Shown here: in pieces, positions 1 through 8,653 of the stretch
Numbering within the stretch: the stretch's first letter is position 1
Layout: each line of letters begins with the position of its first letter
DNA from: Octopus sinensis
Lineage: Eukaryota
Length of the DNA: 12,858 nucleotides
Assembly (NCBI RefSeq): GCF_006345805.1
Contig: NW_021826473.1
Span: forward strand, 1-12,858
Reading direction: 5' to 3'
Program-made: the position numbers and the translations under genes
Notes under the pieces: model-generated
Seen by the model: only the letters and a program-made list of their open reading frames with translations
What the model was told of the DNA's origin: nothing
Database searches by the model: none

Positions 1-962
1 CAGTAACTACGAACATGACGGTAGTGGTGATAATGAACATGATGATGAAGACGACTATGATGATGATGATGAGGAGGATAAGGATTATGATAATGGTGGT
101 GATGGAGGAGGGGGCAGTCGTTTAGCATGATCATAATGGTGGTATTTGTAATCTGGATGCTGTGGTGGTAACAGCGGTCTGTTTGATATGTATTGATCAT
201 GGTGGTTTATATCATAGTGTGAATGGGTTTTATAAGATGATGGTGGCATTGGACGTGGGCGTGTTGAGTTTTGAGAATGATGATAAGGATAGAGTGAAAT
301 AAAAAAGTTATGAAGATGACTTTGGTAATGGAGAAGTAGGAGAAAGGTTAATGAAGACAATAATTAATATATTTATAATAAATGGTATTAATGATTATAA
401 TGACTATGTTGATACTGATGATGTTGATGATGATGATGACGATGAAGACTATGATGTTGACGTTGATACTGCTGCTGCTGTTGCTGATGATGGTGACGAT
501 GGTGATGATGATGATGTTAATGGTGATGATAATGTGGATGAGGGGAAGGGAAGCATTAGTAGTTGGTTGACGATGATGATGATAACGAGGTTGTTAATGA
601 TACTAATGATGAAGATGATGATGATGATGATGATGATGGTCGGACTGGTGGTGGTGGTGATAACATGAGGCGGCGGAAGCGCTTAACGAGGACGTCAATT
701 GCAATGATAATGAATGATGACGAGATAGTCGATGTCAATAACGATGCTGATGATCATGATAATTAGGATGATGATGACAACGACAACGACGACGACAGCG
801 ACACCATCGTCGACTGACTATCGCGACTACGACGGCTACAAAGGTGATGGCCTTAGCAATAACATATATGATGATGATGATGATACGATATGATGATGAT
901 GATGATGATGATGAGGTGGAGGAGGAGTATAGTAACGTCGAGATCGATGACGATTATGATGA
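1..962. repeat. Degenerate trinucleotide low-complexity tract, (GAT)n mixed with GAC/GGT/AAT/GAG
   Basis: Continuous gatgatgat/gacgac/ggtggt runs; all overlapping ORFs are poly-D, poly-M or poly-S readings of the repeat. Confidence 0.9.
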
Positions 963-1265
963 TACATAGTTTCACTAAGTTGAATGTTCAAGCCGTGCCC
1001 CCCACCCATTAACAAGTTAAATGTCCCTGATAAGATCGATACCTCAGATACATAATATCACAGGTCGTTATAGTTTCACGCTCAAACTGTTCCCAACATA
1101 TTTAATAGTGTTTATCAATAATGTTGGCTTGTTATTCCTGTCATCACGGCTGACATGAGATGATGCAGTTCTATGATGAAAGAGCCCGCCACCGGTTGTA
1201 TAAACTACCTGGCAATGTTTCAGACATAGCGTGTATGGCAAAGCAATATCGAATATATATATATA

Positions 1266-1677
1266 TTTTTTTTACTTGTTTCAGTCATTTGACTGTGGCC
1301 ATGCTGGAGCACCGCCTTTAGTCGAGCAAATCAACCCCGGGACTTATTCTTTGTAAGCCCAGTACTTATTCTATCGGTCTCTTTTGCCGAACCGCTAAGT
1401 GACGGGGACGTAAACACACCAGCATCGGTTGTCAAGCAATGCTAGGGGGACGAGCACAGACACACAGACACATACACATACACATACATATATATACATA
1501 TATATACATATATACGACAGGCTTCTTTCAGTTTCCGTCTACCAAATCCACTCACAAGGCATTGGTCGGCCCGGGGCTATAGCAGAAGACACTTGCCCAA
1601 GATGCCACGCAGTGGGACTGAACCCGGAACCATGTGGTTGGTGAGCAAGCTACTTACCACACAGCCACTCCTGCGCC
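1266..1677 (-). mobile_element. tRNA-derived SINE (octopus-type) with CORE-like segment, internal (TA/TG) microsatellite and LINE-like 3' tail
   Basis: Minus strand reads GGCGCAGGAGTGGCTGTGTGG (A box)...GGTTCAGTCCC (B box)...TTGGGCAAGTGTCTTC (1585-1600, resembles the CORE/MIR motif), then a microsatellite (~1455-1514), a body, the tail AGGCGGTGCTCCAGCATGGCC...CTGAAACAAGT and A8 (1266-1273). Resembles octopus tRNA-SINEs (OK/OR1/OR2 group) from recall; exact family not assignable. No TSD seen. Confidence 0.9.
1614..1667 (-). promoter_or_regulatory. Internal RNA Pol III type-2 promoter (A and B boxes) of the SINE
   Basis: A box TGGCTGTGTGG (1667-1657) and B box GGTTCAGTCCC (1624-1614) at tRNA-like spacing. 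Confidence 0.7.
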
Positions 1678-2218
1678 TTCATTTCTGAATAGTACGTTAG
1701 GATGTGAATTGTTGAGGACATCTGGCTGCTATTTCTAGAATGTCGATAGAACGCCTAGATAAATCCTCCCGTTAGCGTAAGGTGTGTGTGTCATGTGTTT
1801 AAGTGTGGTGTGACACTCACAAGCTTATAGAGGTGCTGCTGAAAAGTTATTGCCTTTGACTAAAAGGAAATGAGGGTGGATATCAGTTAATTATGATTTC
1901 ATTCTGTATATTCCCCTCTCAGATTCACACACTTATTGCAGCGGTCCTTCAGATTTTCTAAGTGCTGTAAAAGAACTCGATATGTTGGGCCAGCAGCCAC
2001 GCCTTTTGCGATACCCTGAAAGCCAGGACCTTTTTCAGTACTCTCCCATAGTCTGATTATCTAAGGAGGTTGAACGTTACACTTCGTACGGAAATCAATG
2101 TGATGAGCACGATGTTTTAGTATGATTGACATGACGCTATATTATGTAGATTCTATTTCCATGTAGTCAAGTGTTTTTCTTTTGCTAAGAACTAGAAAAA
2201 TGATAACGTATGCGTGAG

Positions 2219-2250
<32 letters not shown>

Positions 2251-2311
2251 CATACACACACACACGCACACACACACACATACACACACACATACACGCA
2301 CACACATATAT
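2219..2311. repeat. Compound (TA)n/(TATG)n/(CA)n microsatellite
   Basis: Direct reading. Confidence 0.95.
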
Positions 2312-2499
2312 ATATAGGGTAAAAATTAAATATTAATTTTTATCAGTGAACAGCGTCAGTAAAAACATTCGTAGACTGCAAATATTATATATGTGTGTGA
2401 AAACTATACACACATATAATATAATAATATTTGCAGTCTACGGACATATTTACACACGATGGCCAGTGGTAAAATTTAATATTTAATTTCACCCTATAT
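2312..2499. repeat. Imperfect head-to-head inverted repeat (fold-back) of an AT-rich repeat unit
   Basis: ATATAGGGTAAAAATTAAATATTAATTTT...CGTAGACTGCAAATATTATATATGTGTGT (2312-2398) is mirrored by ACACACATATAAT...AATATTTGCAGTCTACG...AAAATTTAATATTTAATTTCACCCTATAT (~2408-2499). Confidence 0.85.
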
Positions 2500-2942
2500 T
2501 TGCATTTAAATATTTTAATTCTAATTCCAAGAGTGAGATAATTCACTGCTGAATGCTCATCCAATGCGGCTTTACACTGTCTTTCGGTGCGTTGTTCGTA
2601 GGACATTTGAATTGAATTCCTCAATATATAAAGATGTAAACTCAATATGCTGTGTATCTTGTCTGATGCGGTATGTATTTAATTTTGTAATTATATGCCC
2701 ATAGCAATTCTCGCTGATCAGCCATAGATTGTGTAATACATTAATTGATTGATTAATTACTTTGTGTATTTAATCGTTAAGGGCGAAACGTCGAAGTACG
2801 GGAATGACTAATCAATTTTTGAATTCTCTCAAATTATCTTACCTGCCTACAGTCAATGTGCTAAAATAGGAATTATTTTTTTGTGTGTTTGGGATTTAAG
2901 TCATATTTGTAGTGTGCTGGCAAACCACCTAGTAGGTTTTCT

Positions 2943-3105
2943 CTTCGTGTATAATTTATATACACATTATATAATATAATATTATTTGCAGTTTACGGGC
3001 ATTTTCGACTCACACTGGCTACTGGTAAAAGTAATTATTTAATTTTTACTCTCTGTTTGAATATAGGTTAAATTATGCCCTTCGTGTATAATTTTTATAC
3101 ACACA
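2943..3105. repeat. Third diverged copy of the same unit, as a ~137-bp tandem unit plus the start of the next
   Basis: 2957-3055 aligns directly with the right arm 2408-2499 (TTTGCAGT.TACGG.CAT...CTGGTAAAA...ATTTAATTT); CTTCGTGTATAATTT recurs at 2943 and 3080. Confidence 0.7.
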
Positions 3106-3137
3106 TATTATTATTATTATTGTTATTATTATTATTA

Positions 3138-3189
<52 letters not shown>

Positions 3190-3205
3190 TATTATTATTA
3201 TCATT
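3106..3205. repeat. (ATT)n microsatellite
   Basis: About 100 bp of near-pure ATT repeats. Confidence 0.95.
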
Positions 3206-3887
3206 CTTTTTTCTTTAAAAACTTCATTGTATGAGATTGATACCATTAACTTCCTCGAAGCTTAATCAAAATATAGTGTGTTTTTAAAATAAAAAAAATA
3301 ATTATACTTAAATAATTATATTTTTTGCTTTACGTATATTTTTTCATGATGGTTTACCTCCCAAGTTTTTGATGTAAAGTATTGTTGCATGGGACCAAAA
3401 CTATGAAATGCCTCATGCTTTCTTCTATCATTGAAGCTAAGATGAATATATTTTGCTTTTAAAATAAAAAAAGTTATTTAGATATAAACGTGACTGGAGG
3501 CGTTGGTTACTTTCTTATAACGTTTCTACAATTTTGATGTGAACTTTCTTTCTAGACCAAATCTCAATAGTTTAATGCCAAAATGTAGCTAGGGACCAGT
3601 CACCTTAAAAAATGTCAACAGTTTTCAATTTGTTTAAGAACTGATTTAGCGACAAACTCCGAAATATGCTGCGTCTGTAAAAATTGCGGCCTTAAAAATA
3701 TTATTCAACTACGGTAGTAGTTGATATGTGCTATGTATGCTATATATGTGGTTATATATATATTTATATATATCTATTCATATATATAACATGCATGCAT
3801 ATAGAAACGCACACATATGTATATAGAACAACACAACTGTCCGACGAACGGTAACCTTATTCACTGAGGAACAATTTGTTAAGATTA

Positions 3888-4003
3888 TGTATATATAGGT
3901 ATATATATATATATAAGTATATATATATATATATATATTATATATGGTGTGTGTGTGTGTGTGTGTGTGCTTGTGTGTGTATGTATTATGTATGTATGTG
4001 TGC
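3888..4003. repeat. Compound (TA)n/(TG)n microsatellite
   Basis: Direct reading. Confidence 0.9.
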
Positions 4004-4902
4004 GTTCCGTCTTATTCACATGAACTGATAACAAGATTTATACTATATCATGTGTAAGCAGACCTCGAAACTCGAAGGTACAAATGGTATTAATGACCAC
4101 GCTATTCTGATTGCCAGTGTCCTTGAATTTTATATATTACATAATATAAAGACAATATAAATGGCAAACAAGAGAGATTGAAATCACATTATACCAATAC
4201 ACGTTGGAGAAGTTATGTATAGATTGTTTTCTTTCCTTACCCATGCTTATAAAATGGTTAGCTCTTTCACGAGGCGAAAAGTTTTACATTTTTATTGAAA
4301 AGAGGCATTGGGATGTTGTGTTCGTTAGCAGTTTCCGATCTGTGTGGCATATAGCTCAAAGCAGAAGTGAAACATGTTTTTGAACGGATATTGAAAAATC
4401 TGTCGAAGCTCAGTAAATGTGAAAACACCAGTCACCCAGCTTTGTAAACAGAAAAAAATGTCTGTTTTACATTTTTGTTTTATTCTAGTTTTCCTATGAC
4501 ATTAAAATCGATAAAAGAAACACACAAAAATGTTATTTCTGACGTGGTTGATATTTTGAAATTTAAATTAAAATCTATAAATAAATGTTAACCATAAATT
4601 CTAAAGAATGACATAATAGCAATTACAACTATAAATTTTTCTCTTTAGGAGACGACATTTTCGTGAAACTATTGGTAATGTGAATGATGGTTCGCTTTAT
4701 TCACCATAACGACAGAATGCAATCGAAGGGTTATACATATATAACCAAACACGTGATTGAACTGGATATTTCTCTCTAATTTTCTGGAGCAATAGGGTCA
4801 GGTGTGTATATATCAAAGTATATATACATATGCATATATACACGAATGTTCAGAGAGGATGTATGCCCTGTCCACAAAGCAGGAACCAGAGCAGTTGCTA
4901 AC

Positions 4903-5329
4903 AATCACAGGCTTATCTCTCTGATCTAACATATGAACTATGTCAAGTTCCTTAAAATATTGGGCACAAAAGATTACTACATAAATAATCGTTCTCAACC
5001 AATATTCTGTGCATGTTTGAATATACAGATACAATACCAATACCAATATCAATTACTTCTGGAAACTATCTTAAGCATGTCCTTGAGAACGATTATTTAT
5101 GTAGTAATCTTTTGTGCCCAATATTTTAAGGAACTTGTTAAACTTTTTTATGTCTTTAACATGTCCCTGTTACCAAAGACTGTATATATGTAATGTAGCA
5201 ATTTGCAACAACCAATAATTAACGCAACCAAACTTCTACATGTTACTCTTGACAAACTTTTTCCAAAGAATGAAACCGGTAAAGTAAATCACAGGCTTAT
5301 CTCTCTGATCTAACATATGAACTATGTCA
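4903..5329. repeat. Perfect 43-bp direct repeat (4903-4945 and 5287-5329) flanking a 341-bp non-LINE insert
   Basis: AATCACAGGCTTATCTCTCTGATCTAACATATGAACTATGTCA occurs twice identically; removing the insert and one copy restores the LINE reading frame. Confidence 0.9.
4944..5137. repeat. Perfect 55-bp inverted repeat with 84-bp spacer
   Basis: CAAGTTCCTTAAAATATTGGGCACAAAAGATTACTACATAAATAATCGTTCTCAA (4944-4998) is the exact reverse complement of 5083-5137. Confidence 0.95.
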
Positions 5330-6283
5330 TGGAACACATTGTCGGAAGGACGCTCAACACGTTCCCTGAAGAAGGAAATTTACTCTAAAGCCCGGCCTCA
5401 CACAAATACTACAGCATTTTTACTGAGTACTGAAACAACAGCCCAAAGTCTCCGATTTCGTGACGATATATATCACGACGTTGTTATGTTCATCGACTAA
5501 GTTGATTATAGGATGATATTTCAATCACCGTCTGACCTTGTAATCATAGAAGAGCGGATGCGTGTCATTTTTAAAGGCAGACGTCAGTTGCTGTCAATGG
5601 TGCTCTCTATGAGGGCATATCAATTCTCAGCGAAGTCCCTCGGAGATGTAAGTGTCCTGGGACCATCACTGTTTGCGGTGACTCTCTTTTACATGCCCTC
5701 AGCCATACAGTCAACCACCGGCACCAGCTGTACTGGTGATACAAAGACATCACTGTAGGTTTAGTACCCTGATGACATCATAAAACTGCAGGAAGACCTA
5801 AATGAAATATACAAGTGGGCCCATGAAATATCATGCAGTTCAATGCTGTGAAGTATTTAATAGTTCACCATCGACCCACAGATTACAATCGAAATACACA
5901 TGACAAGCGGGTACTGCAATATTAGAATCAGAATCGCCGTGTGACCTGGAAAACCACATGAACAATTATGATGCAGCATTCAATGTGCATATAGCCAGGA
6001 TGAGCAAAACTGTGCAGAAGAGTGGTTTGATGGATTCTGAGGTCATTCAGAATCAGAAAGAAGGATATCATGCTACTACTTTAGAGATCTTTCGTTCTCA
6101 GTCATCTGGATTACTGCCCCCGACTGTGGTCACTGCAGAGGGTTAAACTAGCACAGAACTTATGTCAATGAAGCGCCACCACACAAGGAAGAGTGACTCG
6201 GTGCAGCAGATGAGCTCCTGGGAGAGGATAAAGGAAATAAAACTTTATCATTAGAAAGGAGACGTGAAATATATGCAGAAATA

Positions 6284-6992
6284 CACTCGGGGTTCGGGTT
6301 GACTTTTAACGATTTTATTTTATGTCTCTTGTTTTCAGGACGGATTAGTGAACAGTCAACGGTGCTGGAGAGCATAAACATTAAAGTTGTATTTGAGGAA
6401 TACGTAGCTGACATGAGGAACAGGAAACGATCTTAATATTGGAAAAGTGTTACTTGTTCCATGATGATTCGTGACGGGTATCAAAATTCCATCTCGACTC
6501 TGCTGAAAGTTCTGTGAACACTGTAAAGGCTGTAACACGTGACAAAGACAGCTGCAACCGAGACTACCTAGCTGTGGCGAGCAGGAATGGATACAACAAG
6601 CATCCTGACTGCGACTGCATGCTGGAATTCATCACCACATCTTCGAACAGGGTCTTAAGCTCAATTCACACATTTATGTAAAGCTGTCGGAGACTGTGGT
6701 CAAAACCTGGCCAGAGAGTGTTGCTGCTGGGAGGTCACATATGTCAGCTTCTTAACATACCTCCAGAAGGAGTAGAACGTGCTTGTCAGATACTTTCAAC
6801 GGCTTCATCATCTGGTCTCTTAATCCTCAAGATTGTAATTCTGTTAATTACTATGTATGTGTTGTGGATGAAAAAGAAACTAGCTATGACCTAGTTGATA
6901 GTTTTCGATTTTAGAAAATACATCTTTTGGTAGGGATGTGTTTTCTTTTTTTTTTACGTCAACTGTCAAAAATTTAGCCGGAACTCCCTCTG
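6284..6992 (+). mobile_element. Internally deleted, decayed Tc1/mariner DNA transposon (DD37D/maT-like) nested in the LINE
   Basis: Single frame 6636-6884: HIFEQGLKLNSHIYVKLSETVVKTWPESVAAGRSHMSAS*HTSRRSRTCLSDTFNGFIIWSLNPQDCNSVNYYVCVVDEKETS. This matches mariner catalytic-core motifs (..VAAGRPYVWQQDSAPxH..; WPPNSPDxNPxDYYVW), with the WQQD block deleted. A putative N-terminus starts at ATG 6413 (MRNRKRS*YWK..IRDG). Degenerate termini are CACTCGGGGTTCGGGTTGACTTTT (6284, after TA) and AAAAATTTAGCCGGAACTCCCTCTG (to 6992). The LINE frame stops before and resumes after these ends. Boundaries +/- a few bp. Confidence 0.8.
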
Positions 6993-7371
6993 CATATGGA
7001 ATATCCTGGAAAGTCTAGCTCTTAACTGTGAAACTGAAAGACCTCCTTCTTCACTATTTGGAAAAAAAAAAAACAACCAAATTCTGCCACACCTTGGATT
7101 TCAAGGACACGCCTCTATTCAACATTCTGCGAAATTACGTTAGGGATTCGTGAGGCGTAGGTGAAGAGCACTTCAGGGAGGATTTGAATAAATTTTCGTC
7201 TAGAAATCAGATGAAGCCATATTGCTGTTGGACGCACAAGCAATTAGCTACTTCACCAGAAACACCACAGAAATTTGCTACTTCACCAGAAACAGTATCG
7301 GAAATAAACCTAAGTACACTAAAGGGCGGTGAACCAGCACGGTATCAGCCACTGGTTAAACCAGTAAAAGG

Positions 7372-7391
7372 AGATAGATATATAAAGAATG

Positions 7392-7456
<65 letters not shown>

Positions 7457-7467
7457 ATAATCTATCC

Positions 7468-7521
<54 letters not shown>

Positions 7522-7522
7522 A

Positions 7523-7565
<43 letters not shown>

Positions 7566-7591
7566 ATATCTATCTATCCATCCATCCATCC

Positions 7592-7633
<42 letters not shown>

Positions 7634-7728
7634 ATATCTATCTATCTATCTATCTATCTGTCTGTCTGTCTGCCTGTCTATGTGTATGTCTCTCTGTCTG
7701 TCTGTCTGTCTTTCTGTCTGTCTGTCTG
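7372..7728. repeat. (AGAT)/(TCTA)n grading into (TCTG)n tetranucleotide microsatellite
   Basis: Direct reading; abuts the LINE 3' end. Confidence 0.95.
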
Positions 7729-7749
7729 TTTGAATTATAAGGCAGGTAG

Positions 7750-7890
7750 ATACGTGTTTATAAATATACACGCATATATGTGTATGTGTGATATATATAT
7801 ATATATATACACATAATGCGTGTATATGTGTATATATATATACACACTCATATTTAAACGTGTATGCGTATACGTATATGTGTGTGTTCG
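7750..7890. repeat. Degenerate (TA)/(TG) microsatellite
   Basis: Direct reading. Confidence 0.85.
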
Positions 7891-8410
7891 TAATGCATCT
7901 GCGTCTACATCTGCGCTTCTCTGTGCGCGGCAATCTTATTCCTCCTAATTAACTTTAGAGAAATATTTTCCCCTAACATGATTGAAACGCAGAACTCCAC
8001 TCCCCAGTTTTCCATTAAATATTCTTTCAAACAAAATTATGAAAAATACATTGGAGTCTGTCTAGCAGGTATTATTTTTAATGTTGTAAATTCAATTGAA
8101 TTTAATTATCCAATATATGTTTAAAATTATCTCATAATAAATTCAATTTCTTCATTGAGATATTTAATCACACATTTCCTTCAATCCATCTGTATAGAAC
8201 AGTGTTAAACATGCATTCAATGCATTAGATTTTCCCTTTCAAAGATGCATTTACATGAAGGAAGAATCTTAGACGTAATATTACTTTTAACGTAATACTA
8301 CTTTTGCTGCATGTCACATGTATTTATTCAACCGGGCTGCTATTCGCCATATCAGTGAGTATTTTTCAGAGTGTTTTCCTCTGTAATGCATCAGAAAACC
8401 TAGCCTAGAC

Positions 8411-8435
8411 GGTGATTGGCTCTGAGTATTGGTTA
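8411..8435. promoter_or_regulatory. Possible NF-Y/CCAAT elements in unique, relatively CpG-retaining sequence
   Basis: TGATTGGCT (reverse AGCCAATCA, good NF-Y consensus; ATTGG 8415-8419) and a second ATTGG at 8428-8432. Short motifs, chance occurrence possible. Confidence 0.2.
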
Positions 8436-8653
8436 GATACAGTGACGACGAAAAGAAGCTCCCGCTCTTACTAGGAGCTGCTGGTTCGCGATTCATCTCC
8501 CTCTCGATATATATTGCTTTTTTATACACAGCCCGGTCATAAGAGATTTTGTCTCGAGGAATACAGTAATGGACTTGTCTGTCATTCAGGTATTTGATAC
8601 TTAGACGGCTATTTAACTTCATACTGCTTTTATTCACTGATATTATATTTGTT

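Larger units (their letters stand above)
4855..7370 (+). mobile_element. Decayed 5'-truncated CR1-like non-LTR retrotransposon (ORF2 RT domain, C-terminus and 3' end) with two nested insertions
   Basis: Manual translation across stops and frameshifts, with typical CR1/L2-group motifs in brackets: VCPVHKAGTRAVANNHRLISLI*HMNYVMEHIV [xxPxHKxGxxxxxxNYRPISLTSHxxKVMERIV]; LTQILQHFY*VLKQ; DDIYHDVVMFID*VD [DVIYLDFxKAFDKVD]; FKGRRQ/VAVNGAL..SEVPR/SVLGPSLF [VPQGSVLGPxLF]; SCTGDTK at 5726-5746 [SYADDTK, catalytic motif destroyed]; KLQEDLNEIYKWA; WILRSFR..SFVLSHLDYCPRLWS; SLERRRE (to ~6283). After the mariner it resumes at 6997: WNILESLALN [WKILEGLVPN]; TKFCHTLDFKDTPLFNILRNYVRD..FREDLNKFSS. It ends in a tail followed by an (AGAT) repeat. 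Confidence 0.9.

Noticed and set aside
85-766. Poly-Asp, poly-Met and His/Pro-rich ORFs (e.g. 351-668) as an acidic or biomineral protein
   Set aside because: All frames are readings of a degenerate (GAT)n tract with frequent stops outside the short ORFs; no splice or domain support.
1160-1320. Short frame MMQFYDERARHRLYKLPGNVSDIACMAKQYR
   Set aside because: Runs into a (TA)n tract and the SINE tail, with no donor site or recognisable homolog.
1690-1775. Possible decayed tail of another octopus SINE (GCTGCTATTTCTAG...)
   Set aside because: Based only on vague recall; no second copy in the window to verify.
2532-2670. Candidate exon with good donor GCG|GTATGT at 2671 (and minus ORF 2385-2645)
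   Set aside because: The best acceptor (2531) gives stops in all three frames; no homolog recognised.
4240-4439. Minus-strand exon candidate (acceptor at 4440, donor near 4240); also a faint hAT-like WLALSRG motif on the plus strand
   Set aside because: No frame is open through the exon; the hAT resemblance is only a few residues with no supporting motifs.
4649-4710. Acceptor TTTTTCTCTTTAG followed by RRHFRETIGNVNDGSLYSP* or a 26-nt microexon
   Set aside because: Too short to tell from chance in AT-rich DNA; the shared YSP ending with the 1923 candidate is probably coincidental.
4813-5193. ORFs 4813-5052 (-) and 4933-5193 (+) sharing LRTIIYVVIFCAQYFKEL
   Set aside because: The shared peptide is simply the 55-bp inverted repeat read on both strands.
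5513-6146. ORFs 5513-5758 and 5958-6146 as genes
   Set aside because: They are partly in-frame, partly frameshifted remnants of the LINE RT with the YADD motif destroyed.
7019-7390. Long frame with a single TGA (7151) as selenoprotein or readthrough, or as a Chapaev-like GERFHQD..YCW C-terminus; ORF 7184-7816
   Set aside because: The segment fits the CR1 ORF2 C-terminus much better (PLFNIL..RD..GV..F..DL.KF) and is collinear with the upstream LINE; the rest of the ORF is (TCTA)n.
8314-8637. 107-aa minus-strand ORF in unique sequence
   Set aside because: Non-ATG start in the sequence, no domain or homolog recognised; a length this size is attainable by chance.
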